From positions 2,464,001-2,528,000 of the forward strand of contig CAXXWQ010000004.1 of assembly GCA_963674945.2 (NCBI GenBank): a DNA stretch of 64,000 nucleotides, given 5' to 3'. The DNA is from an uncultured Desulfosarcina sp. (GTDB lineage: Bacteria > Desulfobacterota > Desulfobacteria > Desulfobacterales > Desulfosarcinaceae). The stretch's first letter is position 1. Each line of letters begins with the position of its first letter. The notes beneath the pieces were generated by a model. That model had not been told where the DNA came from and made no database searches. It was given only the letters and a program-made list of their open reading frames with translations. Below, piece by piece: positions 49,703 to 59,407 of the stretch. The position numbers were made by a program, and so were the translations under genes.

Positions 49703-51027
49703 TGTCGGCATCCTTCCAGTAAGGGATCAATGGTCGTCCATCTTTCGGCCGACCAGAGCTTCTCCACCAATACCCCGGCCTTTCTCTTTCCAAGGACAGG
49801 GCCTGCCAGCCAGAGAAATTTGTCTTCCAGTTCGCCATCCGAAGGCAGGGTATCCGGCGGCTCCCACCGGGCCTCCATGCGGCCCGAAGAAAAGGTTTGG
49901 CCATCTGTCGTTTCCACTATCACCTCGGCCGGTGCCTTGGCGGGAAACTCAGCCTCCAACGCAGGTGCCACTTCCACTGCGACCCGGGACAGCAATGATA
50001 CCAAATCGGGATCGGTAAGGCGTGGGGGAAGTACCTGTCTTGGCCCCACCTCTCCATCCAAAAGGGCCGCTGCCACAGGAAAGGCCAGATTGTATTGGGC
50101 CGATTCCGTATCGCTGGGGGGATCATTGGGCAGACGCGCGGCCGCCGCGAAGGTGCGTACGCGGATGCGCCGGATCTGGTCCGGTATCAACCGGTGTTCA
50201 CGGACGATTTTGAGCGCGCCGGCAACGGCCGGCTGTCCCCAGCGGCAAGCGGCATAGGGTTTGAAGTAGAGGTTGCGTATTTCCCACACCGTTCCCAGCT
50301 CGCGTACCCGGAGCGGGTCCGGGGTGTCGTCGAACAATGGCCGTATGCCGGTGAATCCGGCGCCGGCCAGCAGGGCCGATTGTACCCCGACCATGCATCC
50401 CCAGCCGATGGCGTCTTTTCCCATGGAAGGCGTGTCGATCCCTTTCATCATGGGAGCAATGGGCGCATGGTATTCGGCAATTCCCATGGCGTGTCGCATC
50501 TGGCCATGAGAGAATCCCAAGAGCCTGCCCACGGCGGCGGCCCCGGCGATGGCCCCCCAACTGCCGGAAGCGTGGTAACAATCGTAAGTGGCGTGTCGAA
50601 CCAGACCGGCACGGATGCCCAGCTCGTTGGCAATCACCAGGGTGGTGAGAAATTCCCGACCGCTGCAGCGGCCTGCTGCCAGTTCGGCACCGGCCAGAAC
50701 CGGCGGAAGGGCACAAGAACCGGGGTGCCCTTTGATGTTTCGATATCCGTCGTCGATATCCAGGGCATTGCCGAAAAAACCATTGGCCAGGGCGGCTCCC
50801 ACGGCGGATACACGATCCCCGAATACCAGAATGGTGGCCTGGTCTCCGCCGAATTGCCGCCGGGCAGTCTCCTGGACGATCCGGGCCACCGGTGTCTGCG
50901 ACCCGGCGACCAGGGCGCCCAGGGTGTCCAGCAGACAGCGTTTGGATTGATGCTTGACCTCGATGGGAAGATCTTCCCAACGGGTTTTCAGCGTGAAATC
51001 AATGGCATGATCCGTTACCGATTGCAT
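49699..51027 (-). CDS. MmgE/PrpD-family protein
   Basis: LLDTLG, ALDIDDG..GHP and YFKPYAACRWGQ motifs. Confidence 0.9.
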   Translation of the reverse strand: MQSVTDHAIDFTLKTRWEDLPIEVKHQSKRCLLDTLGALVAGSQTPVARIVQETARRQFGGDQATILVFGDRVSAVGAALANGFFGNALDIDDGYRNIKGHPGSCALPPVLAGAELAAGRCSGREFLTTLVIANELGIRAGLVRHATYDCYHASGSWGAIAGAAAVGRLLGFSHGQMRHAMGIAEYHAPIAPMMKGIDTPSMGKDAIGWGCMVGVQSALLAGAGFTGIRPLFDDTPDPLRVRELGTVWEIRNLYFKPYAACRWGQPAVAGALKIVREHRLIPDQIRRIRVRTFAAAARLPNDPPSDTESAQYNLAFPVAAALLDGEVGPRQVLPPRLTDPDLVSLLSRVAVEVAPALEAEFPAKAPAEVIVETTDGQTFSSGRMEARWEPPDTLPSDGELEDKFLWLAGPVLGKRKAGVLVEKLWSAERWTTIDPLLEGCRQ

Positions 51028-51042
51028 TCGTTTCTGTTTGAT

Positions 51043-51486
51043 CTATTTATCCGAACGGGCGAATCGTTCTTCGTGTTGAATCAAACCATCGGTGATCTCG
51101 TAGTAGTCCCCCTTCTGGGAGACCCAGACGTGTCCGGTGGTCGCAAGACCGGTGGGTTCATCCAGCGCACCGGCTGCGATGGAGATACGCGGCTTTCCCT
51201 TCGGATCCCAGAACAGACTGGCGCCGCACTTGCGACAGAAGCCGCGGTGTACGTCCGGGGTTTCGTCGGTGACGGAACGAAACCATTGTAACGTCTCGGA
51301 TCGAACCAGGAAGAGGTTCCTCCGATCCGTTGCGGTGTATGCCCCGATGTGACCGTGGAAACGCCTGCATTTGCTGCAGTGACAGTTAATCACATCCATG
51401 AGCGGACCACGGACCTCGAACCGGACACCACCGCAGAGACATCCGCCCGTGGACACGGATTTTTGTGCAGGGGAAGAGTCGTTCAA
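51043..51486 (-). CDS. GFA/CENP-V family Zn protein
   Basis: GGCLCGGVRF, CHCSKCRR and RGFCRKCGASLF motifs. Confidence 0.92.
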   Translation of the reverse strand: MNDSSPAQKSVSTGGCLCGGVRFEVRGPLMDVINCHCSKCRRFHGHIGAYTATDRRNLFLVRSETLQWFRSVTDETPDVHRGFCRKCGASLFWDPKGKPRISIAAGALDEPTGLATTGHVWVSQKGDYYEITDGLIQHEERFARSDK

Positions 51487-51487
51487 T

Positions 51488-52384
51488 TTAGATCAGGCCT
51501 TTCTCTTTTAAGAACCCCTCTGCCACTTCGGTGACGGATTTCTTTTCTACGTCAACCTTGGCGTTCAACGCGCTCATGGTGGCATCATCGAAAAGGGACG
51601 AGAGTTTGTTGAGGTCGTCGGCAAGATCCGGGTGCGCCGACAGCGTCTCTTTTCGAATGGTCGGTGTAATGGCATAAGCGGGAAAGAAGTTTTTCGTATC
51701 TTTCAGCACGGTGAAGTTGAATGCGGGAATGCGGCCGTCCGTGGCAAAGACCAGTCCCACGTCCACGTCGCCGTCCTTGAGGGCCTTGTAGATCAGACCG
51801 GTTTCCATGCGTTTGATGTCCGAGCGGGGAAACTTGAAGCCATAGGCTTTCTGCAGCGGTTTCAATCCGTCGTCCCGTTTGTAGAACTCGATGTTGCACC
51901 CTAGGGTTAATTCTTCGCCGGCGTTGAGTTTGGCCGCGAGATCTTCCAGCGAGTGGAGCCCCTTTGCCTTTGCATCGGCCTGGCGAACCGCCAGGGCATA
52001 AGTGTTGTTGGCTTTCGAGGCGTTGAGCCAGATGATACCGATCTTCTCATCTTTGGCCTTTACCGACGCGTATATTTCTTCCGGCGACTGATTGGCGAAT
52101 TTGTTTTTATGAAAAGTTAAAAACGCCGTTCCCGTATACTCCCAGTACAAGTCCACCTGCTTGTTCTCCAAAGCATCGCGCACCAGGGAAGTTCCCATGC
52201 CGGTTTTCAGCTGGACGTCATATCCCTTGCTGGTGAGATATTGACCGGTGATTTCAGCCAAGAGAAGTTGTTCCGTAAACCCCTTGCCACCGACGACGAT
52301 GGAGGCCGCAGAGGCCGTCTGCACGGCAAACGCCAGCGACATCACCATGGCGACGAAGGCGAAACATTTCATTTTCTTTTTCAC
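51488..52384 (-). CDS. Glycine betaine/choline-type ABC substrate-binding protein (OpuC/OsmF-like)
   Basis: VGGKGFTEQ, LYWEYTGT, NNTYALAV, FATDGRI and FFPAY motifs. GTG start with AGGAG RBS. Confidence 0.92.
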   Translation of the reverse strand: MKKKMKCFAFVAMVMSLAFAVQTASAASIVVGGKGFTEQLLLAEITGQYLTSKGYDVQLKTGMGTSLVRDALENKQVDLYWEYTGTAFLTFHKNKFANQSPEEIYASVKAKDEKIGIIWLNASKANNTYALAVRQADAKAKGLHSLEDLAAKLNAGEELTLGCNIEFYKRDDGLKPLQKAYGFKFPRSDIKRMETGLIYKALKDGDVDVGLVFATDGRIPAFNFTVLKDTKNFFPAYAITPTIRKETLSAHPDLADDLNKLSSLFDDATMSALNAKVDVEKKSVTEVAEGFLKEKGLI

Positions 52385-52406
52385 GGTTATCTCCTTTTCT
52401 GTTTCG

Positions 52407-53162
52407 TTATTGTTCCGGGAACCGCTGCGGATTAACGCCCTTGGGCAGCAGTAAAAACTGCATTTTTGACAGGATAAAGTCCGTAACAATGGCCAGTGCG
52501 GCAACGGACAGGGACCCGATCAGAAGTGAGTTGAACTCGTTGAGTTGTATTCCGGTAAAAATGTACTCGCCCAGCGAGTCGGCGGCGATGAGGGTAATCA
52601 GGGGACTGGTGCCCACGTTCAGAGCGAAACCGGTTCGAATTCCCGCCGAAATGACGTAACTGGCATTGGGAATCTGCACTTTCCACAGGATCTGGCCGTC
52701 GGTCATTCCCTGGCCCCGTGCCGCCTCGATCATGTGTTCCGGAACCTCCCGGATTCCCTGGAAGGTGTTTCGGACAACGGGCAAAATGGTGACGGTGAGA
52801 AGCCCGATGAAGGCGGATTTGAATCCCAGCCCCGTAAGTGTCATGATGATGGCCAGAATCGCCAGGGTGGGAACGGCCGAAAGGATATTGAAGCTCTGGG
52901 CAAAGGCTTGAGAATACCGCTGAAACCATGGCCGGGTCATGAGAATGCCGGCAGCGATGCCCAAAAGGGAAGCCGTGATCCCCGAAGCAAAAACGATGTA
53001 CACATTTTGCCGCAACAGGTAAATCCAGTCTTCATACGAACCCAGAAATTCCTCGATCAGACCGGTCGATTCGGACAACACGCCGGACAGGTATACCAGT
53101 GCCAGCAAAAGGTAGAGGAAGAAGGTCTTGCTTTTCTGGACGAGCTCGATAACGGTATTCAT
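52407..53162 (-). CDS. Osmoprotectant-type ABC permease
   Basis: VPTLAIL and EAARGQGMT loop. Confidence 0.9.
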   Translation of the reverse strand: MNTVIELVQKSKTFFLYLLLALVYLSGVLSESTGLIEEFLGSYEDWIYLLRQNVYIVFASGITASLLGIAAGILMTRPWFQRYSQAFAQSFNILSAVPTLAILAIIMTLTGLGFKSAFIGLLTVTILPVVRNTFQGIREVPEHMIEAARGQGMTDGQILWKVQIPNASYVISAGIRTGFALNVGTSPLITLIAADSLGEYIFTGIQLNEFNSLLIGSLSVAALAIVTDFILSKMQFLLLPKGVNPQRFPEQ

Positions 53163-53171
53163 GTTTCGACC

Positions 53172-54311
53172 CTAAACGATTTTTTCGCCTTGCTTTCGAG
53201 GCGCTTCGCCCAGCAGGCTGGCGATGATGTGCTGGGTGATATAGCCTTTGTAGATGCCCTCGTCGTCCACTACGGGCATCCAGTCCGTTGCATGGGCGTA
53301 CATTTGCGACACGGCGTCATGAAGGTTGTCGTTTTCATGGATCGTGCCGGGGATGGGGTCGATGTAATCGCCGACCATGCCGCCCTGGCCGCCCTTTACC
53401 TCTTCCCGGGTAATGTAGCCGTGTGCGCGTCCCCGCGGCCCGACCACTACGGCGATGTGGGCGTTGCGCTCCCGCATTTTTCCGGCCGCCGTTTCCATCG
53501 TATCCTCGGCTTTGACGGTCATGCGAAAGGGCATGATCGCTTCGGTGACCTTGAGGAGTTTCAGCCGTTTCAGGGCGCGATCCGTACCGACGAACTCTTT
53601 GACGAAGTTGTTGGCCGGATTGGCCAGGATCTCGTCGGGCGTATCGCATTGCTCGAGAACGCCTTCCCGAAAAATGGCGATCTTGTCGCCCATTTTAATG
53701 GCTTCGTCGATATCATGGCTGACGAACAATACGGTTTTGCCCAGCTCTTGGTTCATTTTTAAAAATTCGTCCTGAATCACCTCGCGGTTGATGGGATCGA
53801 TGGCACCAAATGGCTCATCCATCAGCATCAGGGGTGGGTCCGCCGCCAAAGCCCGGATCACGCCGACGCGTTGCTGCTGCCCTCCAGAGAGTTCCCGGGG
53901 ATAGCGTTTTAAAAAAATGGCCGGATCCAGATTGACCATCTCCATCAATTCAATGGCCCTTTTCCGGCTCTTTTTCCTGTCCATCTGCAACAGATCCGGC
54001 ACCACACAGATATTGGCCTCGATGGTCATGTTGGGAAACAGGCCGATCTGCTGGATCACATAGCCGATTTTCCGCCGAAGGTTGATGGGGTCCATGCTGT
54101 CCGTGTCCTCCCCCTCGATATAGATCTTCCCCGAGGTTTTGGGGATCAACTTGTTGACCATTTTCAGCGCGGTGGTTTTCCCACACCCCGATGGCCCAAG
54201 GAAGATGCAGATCTCTCCCTTTCCCACTTCCATGGAAACGTTGTTGGCGGCGATGACCGGTTCTTTTCCCGGTACTTCGAAATGCTTGGTCAGATTTTCA
54301 AGCCGAATCAT
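53172..54311 (-). CDS. Osmoprotectant-type ABC ATPase with CBS domains (OpuCA/OsmV-like)
   Basis: GPSGCGKTT, LSGGQQQRV, MDEPFGAIDP and a C-terminal CBS pair. Confidence 0.93.
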   Translation of the reverse strand: MIRLENLTKHFEVPGKEPVIAANNVSMEVGKGEICIFLGPSGCGKTTALKMVNKLIPKTSGKIYIEGEDTDSMDPINLRRKIGYVIQQIGLFPNMTIEANICVVPDLLQMDRKKSRKRAIELMEMVNLDPAIFLKRYPRELSGGQQQRVGVIRALAADPPLMLMDEPFGAIDPINREVIQDEFLKMNQELGKTVLFVSHDIDEAIKMGDKIAIFREGVLEQCDTPDEILANPANNFVKEFVGTDRALKRLKLLKVTEAIMPFRMTVKAEDTMETAAGKMRERNAHIAVVVGPRGRAHGYITREEVKGGQGGMVGDYIDPIPGTIHENDNLHDAVSQMYAHATDWMPVVDDEGIYKGYITQHIIASLLGEAPRKQGEKIV

Positions 54312-54970
54312 GATGTCTCCCCACTCAAGCCTTTCGGCGTCAGTAATATTTGGATGAAGAGAAACAGATAATCTGCAATGACGGCGAGCAGGGACACGGC
54401 CACCGCTCCCACGATCAATTTGGTGCTGTTTGTGCCGGTGATTCCCTCGTTGATGATGGTTCCAAGACCCCCCGCACCGATGTAGACGGCGATGGTGGCA
54501 ACGGCGATGTTCATCACCACGGCCATGCGGACGCCGGCCATGATAACGGGGACCGCAAGGGGGATCTCCACCTTTGCCAATCGCTGCCAGTCACTCATCC
54601 CCATTCCTCTTGCCGCTTCCCGGAGCGCGGGATCGATGTTGTTGATTGCGGTGTAGGTGTTGCGTATGATGGGAAGCTGGGAGTAGAGAAAGATGGCGAT
54701 GGCCGCCGGCCAGAACCCGATTCCCCGGTTCACCAGAGACAGGATGGGGATCATCAGGCCGAACATAGCGACGGAGGGAATGGTGATGACCACCGATGCG
54801 GCGTAGAGAACGGCATCCGCGAAATTCTTGTCTTTTGTGATGAGAATTCCGACGGGCACACCGGTCAGGATCGCAACGCCCACCGATATGCTCACCAGAT
54901 AGAGATGTTCGATGGTCAACCGGAGGATGGTGGGGTAATTACCCACAACATATCGAAAAATATCTTCCAT
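54308..54970 (-). CDS. Osmoprotectant-type ABC permease
   Basis: TIPSVAMFG, EAARGMGM and IGAGGLG motifs. Confidence 0.92.
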   Translation of the reverse strand: MEDIFRYVVGNYPTILRLTIEHLYLVSISVGVAILTGVPVGILITKDKNFADAVLYAASVVITIPSVAMFGLMIPILSLVNRGIGFWPAAIAIFLYSQLPIIRNTYTAINNIDPALREAARGMGMSDWQRLAKVEIPLAVPVIMAGVRMAVVMNIAVATIAVYIGAGGLGTIINEGITGTNSTKLIVGAVAVSLLAVIADYLFLFIQILLTPKGLSGETS

Positions 54971-55321
54971 TGGTCACCTACGATCTGTCGATTTTCGGTG
55001 TTGCCAGGGGTTCGGCGCACAATGGTGATCAAGGAACCCTTGGCGTCCGGGGATAAAGACCAAACTGATTGTTTCAAATTATCTCAAATAATGAAAGGCG
55101 ATAACTTCTTTGAACTTTGGTACAGCATTTTCTCGAAAATTCGAAACGCTCAGTCCAGGAAAGAGTTCACACTTATCTTTCGGCAGCTTCAGCTTCAACG
55201 GTGGTAATAATCGGGGAGAAATGAACGATTGGTCGAAATCATTGTAGCGCAATCATTCCGTCACGTCAACGCACCATCGGCCTTTTCCCAAAGCAATCGC
55301 AAGTAGCGATGTTATAGTGAA

Positions 55322-56536
55322 CTACTCTACGAATTCGCGCCCAATATTGGCAGTCGTCAGCGAATCATCCATATACATTCCCAACCCCACGCGTTGTATG
55401 GATTCCATACCCCGCTCGTCATATTCCGGCATCTGCATTTCCGGTGCCTCGTCCGCGGTGACCTCCTCGGCGATTCGAATGGCGGCCTCCAATTTGGCAA
55501 AAGAAAAATCCACCAGGTGTCGCAAAAAGCCGAAACAATGCCGCATCATGTGAAATCCATATTTTTTGCACATGGCCTGCCCGATTCTGGCATCTTCCAA
55601 TGCCCTTTCGGTGACATGTTCTTCATTGGTGGTGCACCCGCTTTGAAAGGTTGGGATATCCAGCATCAGGTTCAAATGCGTCATGAGCAAATTGAGCAGG
55701 AAATGGCTTTTAAGCCCATAGTTGGGGTTGTACTCGAAACGTGGGTCCGCAATGGTCGGAAATCCCGCATGGATGCAGATGTGCCCCGGCCGGAGCAATT
55801 GTGCCGCACATATGCCGAACAACACTTCGGCATGGGTCACGGCGAGCACGCCACTATAGCAATACGGGGCGCTGATACCTGCCATGGGCATGGAGGAGAT
55901 GAACACCGGCAGACCGGCCCGGACCACATTTACGAAATCGGTGGAAAAGTTTTCGTTGACCGTAAGCGGCGGGCGGGTAAGGCAGAAGACGATCATCTCC
56001 CTGCCCCGCTTTTCGTACATCTTCTTGGCGTGTTCGAGCGTACGCTGCGACGTGACGGCATAATAAATGGGTTTGGAGCAGTTTTTCACCATCGAATCGA
56101 TCTGGATGATTTCATCCTTGAGTTTGAGGCCACGCCCCATTCCCCCCACGATGGGGTTGGCCTCGGCGATTTGTGCAATCCGCTCCACATCGGCCGCTGT
56201 CGGCATCAGGCCGCCAACCTTTTTCTCGTCATCATACACATAGGGGGCGGTACCGCCCACGAAAAAACTGTTGCGCGGTACAAAAAAACCATCGATGCCA
56301 GGTACCGTTGACAGACATTCCTTCACCAGATCCGCGGTGATATAGATGCGATCCTCGAAGAGGACAGACTTGCCGTCCGCTTCGTGCTGCCGGAAGGCTT
56401 CGACCATATCGGGCTGTTTGCAGCCGACGCCCATATTCTCGAGCATCCAGAGTGCGTCCTCGTGGACCTTCATCAGCATTTCCACGGTGTTCTCACCAAA
56501 CAGCGCCTTGGATGTCTGTGTCTGGTCTGCGTTCAT
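55322..56536 (-). CDS. MttB-superfamily (non-pyrrolysine) methyltransferase-like protein
   Basis: VHEDALWMLENMGV, SMPMAGISAP, THAEVLFGICAAQLLRPG and HCFGFL..FSFAKL segments. No in-frame TAG. Confidence 0.8.
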   Translation of the reverse strand: MNADQTQTSKALFGENTVEMLMKVHEDALWMLENMGVGCKQPDMVEAFRQHEADGKSVLFEDRIYITADLVKECLSTVPGIDGFFVPRNSFFVGGTAPYVYDDEKKVGGLMPTAADVERIAQIAEANPIVGGMGRGLKLKDEIIQIDSMVKNCSKPIYYAVTSQRTLEHAKKMYEKRGREMIVFCLTRPPLTVNENFSTDFVNVVRAGLPVFISSMPMAGISAPYCYSGVLAVTHAEVLFGICAAQLLRPGHICIHAGFPTIADPRFEYNPNYGLKSHFLLNLLMTHLNLMLDIPTFQSGCTTNEEHVTERALEDARIGQAMCKKYGFHMMRHCFGFLRHLVDFSFAKLEAAIRIAEEVTADEAPEMQMPEYDERGMESIQRVGLGMYMDDSLTTANIGREFVE

Positions 56537-56553
56537 ATCTCCCCCACGTTTTT

Positions 56554-56677
56554 CGCGGCTTCGTAAAAAGCCCGATATCTACGTTGCGCTTCGCCCCTCG
56601 TCACTGCGACGTATCATGAATACGGCTCATTCCTCGGGACTCGCAAGCCTTGATCTCGAATTTTTTACGAAGCCGTC
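56554..56677 (-). repeat. 124-bp palindromic element, copy D
   Basis: Homologous to copy A. Ends 17 bp before the MttB-like ATG. Confidence 0.9.
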
Positions 56678-56963
56678 TGAAATTCATCTTTTTGATCGCC
56701 GGTCGGTATCTTTGGCGGAATGGAACACCGGCAGTCAGAAATGTTGAAACAAAGATGACATCCGTTTCGATGGCGACCTGCGGAACCGTCGTGTCCATGT
56801 TGTTTCCGCCACGATCCTATTGCCCATGAATGATAATTTTGTATTGCATATGAAGGAATTTGTGTCAAAATAAAAATTGTCTTTTCGTTGATCTATTTCT
56901 TTAATAACTTTTTATTATCTGATTTTATTTAATTTTTATTTGTTTTTCAAAAAGGGCTGTGCG

Positions 56964-57000
56964 TGAAATCGTAATGTTCAAAATGAATGTTTTTGATTCA
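56964..57000. promoter_or_regulatory. Two TGAA-N9-TTCA operator candidates
   Basis: TGAAATCGTAATGTTCA at 56964-56980 and TGAATGTTTTTGATTCA at 56984-57000, in the divergent promoter. Confidence 0.5.
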
Positions 57001-57119
57001 TATTTATTGCCGATCAAAACAAAATCTTGATTTACGATTGTTTTATTGCCAGAAGTGCGGCCTTCGGGATCCACTTGAAGAGAGAGAAAAAAGATCCGCG
57101 ACATACATTTGGAGAGAAC

Positions 57120-57992
57120 ATGAACAAAAACAATCACCATCCACTGGCTACAAAAAACCATGAACTTTCCGGCAGCCTGACCCCAAAGGGTAAACTGATC
57201 CAGGCCTATCTGACGGATAACATTCGAAAGGCAGTGTTCATGACGGCACGGGAGCTGGCACATGCCTGTGGCACAAGCGAAGCCACGGTAATTCGATTCG
57301 TCGCACGGTTGGGATACAGCGGATACAGCGAGATGCAGCAGGCCCTTCGAGATTTTGTGGATGCGGAAATGACTCTCTTGGACCGAAGAGACCTGTTGCG
57401 CCGCAGAGGTCATGACATAGATGGATTCCGGAAAACAATTGCCGACGAGATCGAGAACCTGAGCTATCTGTACAACACGATGCAAACAAAGGACCTCGAG
57501 GCCGCCGTGAATCTTTTGTGCGAGAAGGACAGCATTTACGCCGTTGGTTCCCGGCTCTCCTACGCCATTGCCTATTACCTGGGGTGGTCTTTGGTCAAGG
57601 TGAGAAGAAATGTTCACATCCTTAAAGGCAGCGATACGACCACGTTTGACCGTTTGACCGTCGCCCCGGAAAAGAGTCTCGTGGTTGTGGTGGCGATGTC
57701 CCGCTATCCCAACGAACTGCTTCGCGTGGGACGCTGGGCCCACCGGAAAGGCCTGACACTGATGGTCATCACCGATGGCGCCAGCTGCCCCTTGATTCCT
57801 TTTTCCCAACTCTCCCTGGTGGCCCCTTCCCGGCAAATTCCCTTTTTGGGAAACACCACATCCCTCTCCTGCCTGGTCAACTATCTGGTCCACGAGGCGG
57901 CCAGCCAGTTGGGTGAATCCCTTACCGCCCATCAGGAAAAAATCGAACAAACCTACATCGAGAATGATCTGTTTTTCAACCCGACCCGATAG
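57120..57992 (+). CDS. MurR/RpiR-family transcriptional regulator
   Basis: TARELAHACGTSEATVIRFVARLGYSGY followed by a SIS domain (SRYP, VITD). Confidence 0.93.
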   Translation: MNKNNHHPLATKNHELSGSLTPKGKLIQAYLTDNIRKAVFMTARELAHACGTSEATVIRFVARLGYSGYSEMQQALRDFVDAEMTLLDRRDLLRRRGHDIDGFRKTIADEIENLSYLYNTMQTKDLEAAVNLLCEKDSIYAVGSRLSYAIAYYLGWSLVKVRRNVHILKGSDTTTFDRLTVAPEKSLVVVVAMSRYPNELLRVGRWAHRKGLTLMVITDGASCPLIPFSQLSLVAPSRQIPFLGNTTSLSCLVNYLVHEAASQLGESLTAHQEKIEQTYIENDLFFNPTR

Positions 57993-58169
57993 CAGCTCAA
58001 TAATATTACAATATTTCAGATCGTTACAAAATATCGCGTTTTTATGTTTGAAAATCATCATCGTCCAATGGTATTTAGCGGTCCAATTGTTAGAATATCG
58101 TTAGATTTTCATAAAGATTTTGTTTAGGATTCGCCTAGTAAATCCCATTCAATTACGAAAGACAGATAG

Positions 58170-59396
58170 ATGTCAGCTGAAATGATCATTTTAATTCTGG
58201 GATTCACATTCGGTTTTTACATGGCTTGGAATATTGGTGCCAACGACGTGGCCAATTCCATGGCGTCTGCCGTTGGTGCCAAGGCGATAACCATTCGTCA
58301 GGCAGTATTTATTGCGGGGATATTAAATATCGTTGGCGCAACTTTCATCGGATCCCATGTTACCAACACCATTCGAAAAGGCATTATTTCCACGGCGGTC
58401 ATGTCGGATCCGCACCTGGCCCTGACGGGTGCCCTGGCGGCCCTTCTTGCGGCGGCACTATGGGTGAGCTTTGCCACATGGCGATCGCTTCCGGTGTCGA
58501 CGACACATTCCATTGTCGGGGCCATGATCGGCTTCGGCATCATGGCAGGCGGCTTCGATATGGTCAATTGGGGAAAACTGGGTGCCGTGGTCCTTAGCTG
58601 GGTGATTTCGCCGGTATTCAGCCTGGTTATCGGTTTTATCGTATTCAAAGTGATCATACGGCTGATTTTGTCTAAGAAAGAGTCTTTTGCGCTGGCCATG
58701 CGATATTCACCATATTTTATCATGATCACCATTTTCGTTGTTGTGCTCTCATTTCTCTTAAAGACACCCCTTGGTAAAAAGCTCTCGATTTCAATGCCCT
58801 ATGCTCTTTTGATTGCATCGGTCCTTGCGGTAATTCTCGGATTTATCGGCAAACGGTTGCTACAAAAATTCATTCTCCCTACCGAGGGTGATGGAGCGGA
58901 AGAGATTTTCCGCCGGATTCAAATCGGGACTTCATGCTATGTTGCATTGGCCCAAGGAGCCAATGATGTGGCCAACGCGATCGGACCGCTGGCGGTGATT
59001 TACTTTCTGGTGAAAACCGGAACGGTTGGTGCAAAAGTACCGGTACCTGTCTTTCTGCTCATGTTCGGAGGAGTCGGTATTGCGTTGGGCATCGGAATGG
59101 CAGGCCAAAGGGTGATGACGACCATTGGCACGAAAATCACCACCCTTACCAACACACGCGGCTTCTCCGTCGATTTTGCAGCAGCCACAACCGTGCTGGT
59201 GGCTTCTAAATTAGGACTTCCCGTATCGACAACCCATGCCGCAGTGGGCGGTGTGATGGGTGTTGGCCTGGCCAGGGGGTTGGAAGCAGTCAATTTCAGA
59301 ATCATTTTCCAGATCATGATTTACTGGGTGCTGACAGTTCCAGCTGCTGCAGTGACAAGTATGCTGATCTTCAAGATAATAGAACTTTTTTACTAG
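58170..59396 (+). CDS. pit: PiT-family inorganic phosphate transporter
   Basis: GANDVAN and LPVSTTH each occur twice. Confidence 0.95.
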   Translation: MSAEMIILILGFTFGFYMAWNIGANDVANSMASAVGAKAITIRQAVFIAGILNIVGATFIGSHVTNTIRKGIISTAVMSDPHLALTGALAALLAAALWVSFATWRSLPVSTTHSIVGAMIGFGIMAGGFDMVNWGKLGAVVLSWVISPVFSLVIGFIVFKVIIRLILSKKESFALAMRYSPYFIMITIFVVVLSFLLKTPLGKKLSISMPYALLIASVLAVILGFIGKRLLQKFILPTEGDGAEEIFRRIQIGTSCYVALAQGANDVANAIGPLAVIYFLVKTGTVGAKVPVPVFLLMFGGVGIALGIGMAGQRVMTTIGTKITTLTNTRGFSVDFAAATTVLVASKLGLPVSTTHAAVGGVMGVGLARGLEAVNFRIIFQIMIYWVLTVPAAAVTSMLIFKIIELFY

Positions 59397-59407
59397 AGGA
59401 GTAGATT

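Noticed and set aside
54971..55321. Riboswitch in the 350-bp gap before the OpuC-like transporter
   Set aside because: Only one imperfect hairpin (55003-55044) and no recognisable aptamer consensus by eye. An Rfam scan would be needed.
55322..56536. Pyrrolysine recoding in the MttB-like gene
   Set aside because: There is no internal TAG. The terminal TAG lies after the expected Pyl position and the downstream sequence is not MttB-like.
15908..58061. Long antisense ORFs (e.g. 15908..17119, 19019..20197, 29110..30393, 34223..35260, 37650..38834, 50095..51291, 52545..53762, 56925..58061)
   Set aside because: They are shadows of well-supported genes on the opposite strand in GC-rich DNA and show no recognisable motifs.
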